Source: Octopus vulgaris (taxonomy: Eukaryota). Taken from it: a stretch of 64,000 bases of DNA. The notes below the pieces were generated by a model. That model worked only from the letters and a program-made list of their open reading frames with translations, did no database searches and was not told the origin of the DNA. This document shows positions 54,975 to 64,000 of the stretch, piece after piece. The translations under genes and the position numbers were made by a program. The stretch is from contig OX597816.1 of assembly GCA_951406725.2 (NCBI GenBank), forward strand, positions 18,228,001-18,292,000, in the 5' to 3' direction. The number at the start of each line of letters is the position of its first letter. The first letter of the stretch is position 1.

Positions 54975-55769
54975 TAATACCACCGCGGAAATATTGAGCT
55001 TGGTTCGAAAGCATGGATTTCAATCAGCTTCATGGTCACTGATGAACTCTCATGGTAGACTGAATATTTTGCTTCGTTTGGTGATCGAAATTTTTGGCGT
55101 TGGAGGATCTCCCAACACACACATATGCGAGTGCACTCAGAAACATACACATCGAAATACAATAAGTGAAAGAGACAGACAGAATAATGTATTTATTTAA
55201 TATGATTGACATCAGCACTTTCCTTCTCCTCAAACATATCAACAGAAGTGTGTTCACAAACATTAAATGATCGATAGACAGTAAGAGAGAGAGAGGGGGG
55301 ATGGGGAAGAAGAGATAGAAAACGAAAGATGAATTAAAATGCTTCATGTCAAAGAAGTCTGGGTTGAATCAATGGCGCCAATTAGGCGGCACCTAAATGA
55401 TTATGCCAAAATATCTCCAGCCCTCGTCTAACTAAATATGTATTTCAAATTCTGCTAGCTTTAATATTGTAATAATCTGGATAGTGGTAATCAAAGGAAT
55501 CTGCCAAACCTAATTTACCAACTAAGAATTTGTAAATAATAAACACCTTTGCACTTTTACCTGATTCAATCATTGAACTGCAGACATGTTAGGGCACCGC
55601 CTGGAAAGAATGGCTCGGAAAAGATGACCCAAATACTTACAGTTTAAAAAGTCTGGCCTTTATTTTATCAGTCACTTTTGCCGAATCGCTGGTTTAACGG
55701 ATGTAAATAGTCAAACGGCAATTTTGAAGCGGTTACGGAGCCCACGCCATATATATATATTATATATAT

Positions 55770-56004
55770 TCTTTTATTCTTTTCTTCTTTTATTTGTTTC
55801 AGTCATTTGACTGCAGCAATATCAGAGCACCGCTTTAATCAAAGAAATCGCCCCCCCCCAGTACTTATTCTTTTAAGCCTAGTACTTAATCTATCGGTCT
55901 TCTTTGCCGAACCCTTAAGTGATGTAAAAACACCATCACTGCATCGGTTGTCAAGCAATGATGGGGAGGGGGGGCAAACACTGTCAAACAAATACATACA
56001 TGCA

Positions 56005-56068
<64 letters not shown>

Positions 56069-56204
56069 ATCCAAACAAGAAAGCACAAAAAAACACAACG
56101 CGAGGACGTGGAACAAATATAGTATTATTGGACGCTCAGGAAAGAAGGAAAGATCCAGAGAAGGGAAGACAGAGGAAAAAAATCGCCAACGGTACACACG
56201 CGGT

Positions 56205-56283
<79 letters not shown>

Positions 56284-56442
56284 GTCTTCTTTTACTTTCT
56301 GCCTGCCAAATCCACTCACAAGGCTTTGATCGGTCCAAGTCTATAGTAGAAGACATTTGCCGAAGGTGCCACGCAGTGAGACTGAACCCGGAACCATGTG
56401 GTTGGGAAGCGAACTTCATACTACACAACCACTCCTGCGCCT
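55770..56442 (-). mobile_element. SINE family A with ~145-bp insertion in its (TA)n
   Basis: Tail at 55770-55985 and head at 56280-56442, with a foreign segment at 56064-56207. Confidence 0.85.
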
Positions 56443-56786
56443 ATATATATGTGTGTGTGTGCGTGTGTGTTTGTGTCTGTGCGTGTGTGTGCGTGTGTAT
56501 AAGTGCATGTATGTATGTTCTCGTGAGTATAGGCGGATATTAATAAAAAAACTCAGTTTAAACGAATTTGCTTAACTATATCTAACAATCAGACATTAGC
56601 AAATGCAAATAGAATACAGATCCAAGTTAGTTCCTCATACATGACACGTAAATCCAACTATTTTTTAGATGAATTTAAATAAATTTAGAGTATTAGACAG
56701 ACAGACATATAGACAGACAGCTTGATAGATAGTGTTATATTTCTCTTGCTTATTTACAAAGAATAGAGTAATAATCCAGGTAGGTG

Positions 56787-57215
56787 CGTTGTCTGTGGTT
56801 CAAAATCATTCTTTCGTTTTCTCACAAAGAAGAAAACACAGTGGTACTCCAGACAAGCATGAAGTTTGTTTATTCCACCTATCAAACTCAAGACTGTAAT
56901 AACAACGTATACAAAAATGCAGCTCGCGAGTTCCAGAATTTTGAATTCTATTGGATAGTGATCTCCACAACAGCTTCCCACCGAAACTGATGCTACGCTA
57001 CAAGAATCAACAATAAAGTCTCTTTCTAGGCTTGGGTGTTCTTTTGGATCGTCGAGAGTTGTCAGGTTTATACTCTGGTACAAGCAGTTTCGTTTTGGAT
57101 AGGAGTGGCCTGGTCTGTCTCTGAGACTGTGGCACTTCTTCCAGGATTTCCATTGGATGGGATGTTGGAAGCTAGGAAATATTACCAGTCTTATCGTCAG
57201 GTTCGCAGTCCCCTG
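56787..57215 (-). mobile_element. Probable Gypsy LTR retrotransposon 3' remnant (pol C-terminus, PPT, 3' LTR)
   Basis: Minus frame ends ...PDNSRRSKRTPKPRKRLYC* at 57007. Purine-rich GGTGGGAAGC follows, then a 186-bp segment TGTTGT...ACAACG (56972-56787) containing AATAAA. Confidence 0.55.
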
Positions 57216-57228
57216 CAGAAATGTAGAA

Positions 57229-57254
57229 AGATAGATAGATAAATAGATAGATAG

Positions 57255-57328
<74 letters not shown>

Positions 57329-57342
57329 GTAGATAGACAGTC

Positions 57343-57408
<66 letters not shown>
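57229..57408. repeat. (AGAT)n/(TA)n/(GA)n compound microsatellite
   Basis: Tandem repeats. Confidence 0.92.
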
Positions 57409-57755
57409 GCCTCCAAATGGCAATCTCTGTGTATGTTCTTGTAAAACATTGAAAACTGCATTATTTACTTTGAGAGAAACTCTTATATTGATGCAGGCTG
57501 CCTGAAAGCAAATATTTATACAGTTGTCAGACGATAACTGTTTGCTACGGACGCTAAAACTGAGAGATCACAGGATTTTCACATACTAGGTGTCTCCTCT
57601 GTGACAGACATCCGGCAGCCGCTAATAGCCGAGTCCCACTTTACAGGTTCGGACGAGTTTAAAAGACATAAGGTTCGTAAAAATAAAGTTAATACAGGAG
57701 CAGTATTAACTTTATATCTTTATATCTTTATATCTAACTTAAATTGGTTAAATAC

Positions 57756-57925
57756 CACGTTATTTGCCGAGATGACTTTCCATAAGGATGCATGGTGCAT
57801 AAAAGCACACACATGTATATCGTTGGCGCCCGTAGCAGACGAGAATTTTCTGCCAACGATATAAATACGAGTACTTTTATATACCATGCGTCCGTATGGA
57901 AGTTCCTCTTAAGGTAATTAACGCG
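57756..57925. repeat. Degenerate ~72-bp inverted repeat with 24-bp spacer
   Basis: TTCCATAAGGATGCATGGTGCATAAAAG...TATATCGTTGGC / GCCAACGATATA...CTTTTATATACCATGCGTCCGTATGGAA. Confidence 0.75.
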
Positions 57926-59199
57926 CTGTTCATTGTTCTTACAAAACATCCCCGTTAGTTAGAGTGTAGAGATTGTATGGTGGTATTAATACTACTTCTG
58001 TCACTAATAACCACATGCTTTCATATTCTTTCCTTCTATCAAATTCATACAAATTACATTACTCGACTCGGGTTTTTTATTCCCACTAGAGCTAAACCCG
58101 AAACCTCACAGCCATGCTTGCGTCTCTCAACGTCTGAATACAACAATATTTTTCGTAAATTTCTAGAATGTGAATTATATATAAATCCACACTCTTTTGT
58201 CAATTGTTACCAACAATGTCTACGCGGTAGATACGAATATTTCATTACTTTACACCAGGGAACCTTTTAATACATGCCGCTCAGTACAATTATATCAGCT
58301 AGAATGCTGTGTATGTTGTTTTCTATCACAGCTGCTTATAAAGCAACGATAAATGACAGTATATATTTGGTCATATAGCGAATACCTAAAAGTACATAAT
58401 TCTAGAAATCATTTATTAATATATAATATATTTAGCTTTCACCTTATGATATAAGGTATAATTTTAACATCAATAATGTATCTCAGACAAAATTGCAATC
58501 TCCATAAATACCGTATACTTCTCGCTTTTATAACACTTTCCAATTCTGGCATATAATATACACACATTAAATATATCTGTATACGTAACATGTGTACGTG
58601 TGAGTGTGTGCATATCTGTGAGTTTGTAAGTGGCTGCAGAGAGACGGAGAGTGTGTTAAAATGCCGAAGTGTATATATAATGCAGTAAGAGTGAGAATAT
58701 ATTGAGGAAAGACAGGTGTAGATTGCATTGTTAGAATTTACTTCATATTACAAGCTAGTTTAAATTGATGGTTGAAGGGATTATTTTCTTCTGAATTTTG
58801 ATCCCCCATAGACTATACACATAGTGTGTGTGTGAGTGCTAGTTTATGTGAGTGTGTGTGTGTGTATATGTGCGTTTGTGCATCGAACATTTCTAAAATA
58901 GATTATATACTTTCTATAACCAATGGGCATATTTAATATCTATATATCGTTTTCCTAGATATAGAAGAATTAGATTTTCAATGATGCCCCCAAAGAAAGA
59001 AATGGCTTCTGGACAAAGCTCTGAAATTTAACATCAATACAATCAATAATACCACAGGCGTTTGTGCGGTGATATTTCCGTATTTTCAATAGTTTTCTTC
59101 CGGTGATACATATTGAACTTGTTATAAAGGATGAATCGATAAATAAGAAGAATTCCTTTTTAATTCTCTCACACAATACGTCGACAGATTAATTGCTTC

Positions 59200-59434
59200 G
59201 CATGCATTTAATTGGAATTCTCGCCCGCATTTCATTCTATAATTCCGATTCCAAAGACGGATGTCATATTTCGCTCTCGTATCCGATAAGAACAGATAAC
59301 TATAATGCCATATCTAGATATTTAATAGCAACAATCCATTGGGAAACTATGTTGAGATGTAATGATTCTTTTGTTTGTAAGTAATGCTATCATGAAGCAC
59401 TTGGTCTTAGATAATACACGTGCGTAAAGGTCAA
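59200..59434. mobile_element. Partial inverted copy of the MITE at 54041
   Basis: Highly similar reverse complement of 54041-54272, with only one TIR. Confidence 0.88.
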
Positions 59435-59492
59435 ATGCAACCCGGATTAAGTTATTGAATATAAATGTGTGTGTGTTTATACATACATATAT

Positions 59493-59548
<56 letters not shown>

Positions 59549-59942
59549 GATATATATCAATCTCTCTCTGGCACACACACATATACAAGTGCGTCTGTGT
59601 GTACATCCATACTTAGATTAATACTGATGATTCAAAATGATTCCTCGACATGAAATAATAAAAGACGAGAGCTATGGTGGGACAACAAGTCTGGTTTAAA
59701 TATAAATTCGTGCTTAAGTACATGATATGTTCAATAGATGTTTGGGTTTTAAAACGACAGTGAGTAAAGCTTTTAATTAAAACAGTGTTCGAGTGCTATA
59801 AATATCAGTCTGTGTTCAACTCGGTTTGTGTGTGTGTGATATAAAACTTGTTTATCTATATATAAGAATATATATACGTACGTACATATAGATAATCCTG
59901 TACGTATACACATAAATACATATATATACACACACAAAACAC

Positions 59943-59991
<49 letters not shown>

Positions 59992-60017
59992 TGTGTGTGT
60001 CTGTGTGTATATGTATG

Positions 60018-60057
<40 letters not shown>

Positions 60058-60058
<1 letters not shown>

Positions 60059-60337
60059 TTGTGAGTATTTATTGTATGAAACCACCTAATACTCCACGTC
60101 GTTTCGGCAGGGGGGGGCGAACCCTGCTGTTCTCTTTCCCCACCAGTTTCTCTCACTCTTTCTTCTTGTTTCTTTTGTACCTGTATCTCAAAGGGGCCAG
60201 TCTTGTCACACTCTGTGTCATGCTGAATTTCCACGAGAACAACGTTAAGGGTACACGTGTCTGTGGAGTGCTCAGCCACTTACACGCTAATTGCACGAGC
60301 AGGCTGTTCCGTTGATCAGATCAACTGGAACCCTCGC
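60058..60337 (+). mobile_element. SINE family B, head missing
   Basis: TTGTGAGTATTTATTG through CAACTGGAACCCTCG. Confidence 0.85.
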
Positions 60338-60598
60338 TAGGGAATGTGCAGGGATAAAGTAATAGAGAATGGTAGGAGGAAACAAATGAAATTTAGGGAT
60401 GGTGTTGAAAGGAATTTATAGTGAAGAAGTAATGTTCATTTCATAAAGGGATCGTATATTTGCCTTGGGTTCAGTCAGATTTCGTATTAAAGTGTATATA
60501 TTGCTGTTGACAACTAAGAAATTGGTTCCTAAAAGGAATTGACAGCTGAAAGACATTATCGAAATATATAGATTCGTAAAGGGGTCTCATGAGCAAAG

Positions 60599-60985
60599 TT
60601 TTACTCTTTTACTCTTTTACTTGTTTCAGTCATCTGACTGCGACCATGCTGGAGCACCGCCTTTAGTCGAGGAAATCGACCCCAGGAATTATTCTTTGTA
60701 AGCCTAGTACTTATTCTATCGGGCTCTTTTGCCGAACCGCTAAGTTACGGGGACGTAAATACACAAGCATCTGTTGTCAACACACAACACACACACACGT
60801 ATGTATAGATATACATATATACGACGGACTTCATTTAGTTTCCGTCTACCAAATCCACTCACAAGCCTTTGGTCGGCCCGAAGCTATAGTAGAAGACATT
60901 TGCCCAGTGGGCCACGCAGTGACACTGAACCCGGAACCATGTGGTTGGTAAGCAACCTACTTTCCACACAGCCACTCCTGAGCCT
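60599..60985 (-). mobile_element. SINE family A, full length
   Basis: Complete head and tail. Confidence 0.9.
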
Positions 60986-61402
60986 ATGTATATCAACTAA
61001 TCTAACGCCTCCATAATAATTCTAATAGAGAACCAAAACCAGAAATTTTCAAGGGGAAGCCGAGTTGCTTACATTTACTTTAGTAATTAACTGTTGCGTA
61101 TTTTATCGATACCGCATAGGGGAATGTGAATGCCGATTTCGGCTAACTTAAACTCAAAACACGAAGAAAGATGAAACACGGCTAAGCATTTTGTCTGTCG
61201 CGGTAACGATTCCACCGATCCAAGGCCTGACCATCACTATAATAATCTGTCTACTTCAAGCGCGATTACATGTACCCCAGTGTTCAACTGGTGTTTATTT
61301 TACTGGCGAATACTTCCGCTAAACAATTGCAGCTTCGAAGGTGTTTATAAGCCATTTAAGAAACACAAAAACCGTTAGATTCAATTCAACATTTAAATTT
61401 AA

Positions 61403-61453
61403 TTTGCTAAAATATTTTCGTCGCTTTAAGACAGCGACCTGTTCACTGACAAA
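61403..61453 (-). ncRNA. Hammerhead ribozyme with G3-C8 core variant (predicted), copy 1
   Basis: UUUGUCA-GUGAACA-G-GUCGCU-GUCUUAA-AGCGAC-GAAA-AUAU-UU-UAGCAAA. Confidence 0.6.
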
Positions 61454-61464
61454 ATTCCATGCTG

Positions 61465-61495
<31 letters not shown>

Positions 61496-61633
61496 CGGAG
61501 ATGTACTTGCATAGCGAGTGACTTGATCTGAGATCGTGTGCTGGAACGAAAACAATTGCAGCGTGGAAGGTGTTTATAAGCCATTTAAGAAACACACAAA
61601 AACCGTTAGATTCACTTCAACATTTAAATTTAA

Positions 61634-61684
61634 TTTGCCAAAATATTTTCATCGCTTTGGGACCGCGACCTGTTCACTGACAAA
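61634..61684 (-). ncRNA. Hammerhead ribozyme with G3-C8 core variant (predicted), copy 2
   Basis: UUUGUCA-GUGAACA-G-GUCGC-GGUCCCAAA-GCGAU-GAAA-AUAU-UU-UGGCAAA, with a 7-bp stem I and palindromic AAUAUU stem III. Confidence 0.62.
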
Positions 61685-62460
61685 ATTCCGTGTTTTTGTA
61701 TGTTTCTTAAATGGCTTATAAACACCTTCCACGCTGCGATTGTTTTCGTTCTAGCACACGATCTCAGTTCAGGTCACTTGCTATGCAAGTACATCCCCGT
61801 AAGATAACACAAAAGCAAGTGAAACACGGCATATAAACAAGGTTCATAGTGCATCGCTCAGCAGTGCGTTAAACGCACTCAAGAGAAACTGGATGACTGA
61901 GACAAAACTGCAATAACAATAATTTAGGAAGCTGACACTAAAGAACCGTAGAATTCAATGTCATAGTAATTCTAATATTAGAGAACGTTGCCAGAAATTT
62001 AATCGTACGTTGTTAAATTTTGCTTTCAAAGAAACACATGGGGTGAACATTATAGAGACGATACGGGATAGAGTGCCACATCGTAAATCATAGAAATTTG
62101 GAGTAAAATATATGGACATGAGCTCCTATACGGAAATCAATTGAGCAGAACAATATTTTCATAAAAATATATATCGAAGATATATATTCTCAAGAAATTA
62201 GATTAATTCAAACATCAAGTTTAAACATCCAAATAATGTTTGGCTATCAATTTGCGAAAAACTCTGCATCTTACTTTCCGTTTTGATTGAATCACGTCAA
62301 CTTTATAAATAAATCAAATAAACCCAAAACAGTGATTCAGAATTCGCTTTGAGACCATTGAACAATCAATAAATATATTTCAAATTTCGATTATATATTC
62401 TACTGGAAACGTTATTCAAGTGCAAACACCGCATTGTTGGTAGAAATCTGCCGTTTATAT

Positions 62461-62461
<1 letters not shown>

Positions 62462-62505
<44 letters not shown>

Positions 62506-62544
62506 TAATAATCAATAATAATAATAGTAATAATAATAATAGTA

Positions 62545-62581
<37 letters not shown>

Positions 62582-62658
62582 TAAGATAATAATAATAATA
62601 AAAATAACAATAATAATGATAATAATAATCCATAAAGATCTTAATAATAATAATAGTA

Positions 62659-62718
<60 letters not shown>

Positions 62719-62733
62719 GTGACGATGATGATC

Positions 62734-62775
<42 letters not shown>

Positions 62776-62785
62776 TAATAATAAC

Positions 62786-62834
<49 letters not shown>

Positions 62835-63023
62835 GTAATAATAATAATAGTAATAGTAATACTACTACTACTAATGATAATAATAGTAATCATAGTAATA
62901 ATAATAATAGTAATACTACTACTACTACTACTACTAATAATAATATTAATAATAGTAATACTAATAGTAATAATAATAATATTAATAATAATGATAATAA
63001 TAATAATTATAATAGTATTGATA

Positions 63024-63108
<85 letters not shown>

Positions 63109-63118
63109 TGATGATAAC
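62462..63118. repeat. (AAT)n microsatellite, about 650 bp
   Basis: Degenerate trinucleotide run. Confidence 0.95.
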
Positions 63119-63632
63119 TACTTGGCAAATGATATTTTGAATTAAACTCTAAAATATGAATTCCATGCAGCCTTAAACGTAACGCTACGATGTAAGGTTT
63201 TTCTTATCTTTTCATCAACATAACAACAGTTGGTGCCGTTATGGTTAAACATCTCTGGTGAGCCAAGGAACAGACTTTGTAAAGCAAAACAGAAAAGTTA
63301 TAGTAAATAAGCAACAAATGGCGTGCTCAACATAAATTATCTCAAGTGAAACAACTATTTTTTTTATATATATATACTTATTAAATCTTAAGTCTCGTAC
63401 TAAATAACTTAAATATTTATCTATGATCGCCTTTCATCTTCATCTTTTCATTTACCAGATGCTAGTAAACTCTGCAGTAAACCCCAAACTTTCGCACGCA
63501 CGCATATTCAAACACTTATAAATACACACACACACGCATAGAAGAACTCGCGATCATACGCATATACACACATTTATACACATAAATGCGAACAACTATC
63601 TGCCCGTCTTTCCCTTTCTGTATCCCTATCTT

Positions 63633-63633
<1 letters not shown>

Positions 63634-63706
<73 letters not shown>

Positions 63707-63800
63707 CATACATACATATACACATGTATTTATATATATGTATTATGTCTATTTGAATACATATATATATATGCGTGTATGCACACACATACACACACAC

Positions 63801-63834
<34 letters not shown>

Positions 63835-63855
63835 GTATGTATACATGTATATATT
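63634..63855. repeat. (TA)n/(TACA)n microsatellite
   Basis: Low-complexity repeats. Confidence 0.9.
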
Positions 63856-64000
63856 TAAACGCAGTTGCAGGTATAAGTGTGTGTCGATGTAAGAATATAT
63901 ATATATGTATATACACTTGTAAACATGTTATTTCTCGAAAAGTGGAAAAAAAATTATAATGAGAAAACATTTGAATAGTGAAAAATTTAATAATCCTCAG

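Larger units (their letters stand above)
53476..54990 (+). mobile_element. Decayed mariner DNA transposon with nested MITE and SINE
   Basis: N-terminal KFCVNLEKSATEAWSMLQQAYSD...SLDDDGRFGKP (53703-53903) and PPYSPDLAPADF near 54505-54543. TIRs are AAGGTGGTATCAAAACGTTC and GAACGTTTTAATACC|ACC; the right TIR is split by a SINE. Confidence 0.88.
61321..61802 (-). mobile_element. Penelope-like non-autonomous element: partial copy, (TA)n, then inverted-repeat copy
   Basis: 61321-61458 is a direct repeat of 61550-61689. Inverted arms of 111 bp lie at 61493-61603 and 61692-61802 (about 8 mismatches). Confidence 0.75.

Noticed and set aside
60546-60576. CTGAAGA...GAAATATATA hammerhead-like motif
   Set aside because: Stems I and II do not pair.

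Overview
This window is AT-rich, microsatellite-dense eukaryotic non-coding DNA. The repeat families look like those of an Octopus (coleoid cephalopod) genome; this is an inference from the SINE sequences. No host protein-coding exon could be supported, and most listed ORFs are translations of (TA)n, (CA)n, (AAT)n or (TTCC)n repeats. The window holds about 25 tRNA-derived SINE copies of several modular families and fragments of Penelope-like (GIY-YIG), RTE and CR1-type retrotransposons. It also holds a probable Gypsy 3' end with LTR, four non-autonomous Helitrons, a decayed mariner with nested insertions, and MITEs, including a family that carries telomeric (TTAGGG)n. The most notable signal is a set of type I hammerhead ribozyme folds, read by eye on the minus strand. 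They sit in Penelope-like or inverted-repeat elements beside (TA)n tracts (3039-3115, 5432-5476, 61403-61453, 61634-61684), and two have a covariant G3-C8 catalytic core. A second signal is a SINE subfamily that repeatedly inserts at GGTATT, including into older copies of its own family, where about 90 bp of the target is duplicated. All alignments were done by eye, so boundaries are approximate to a few bases.
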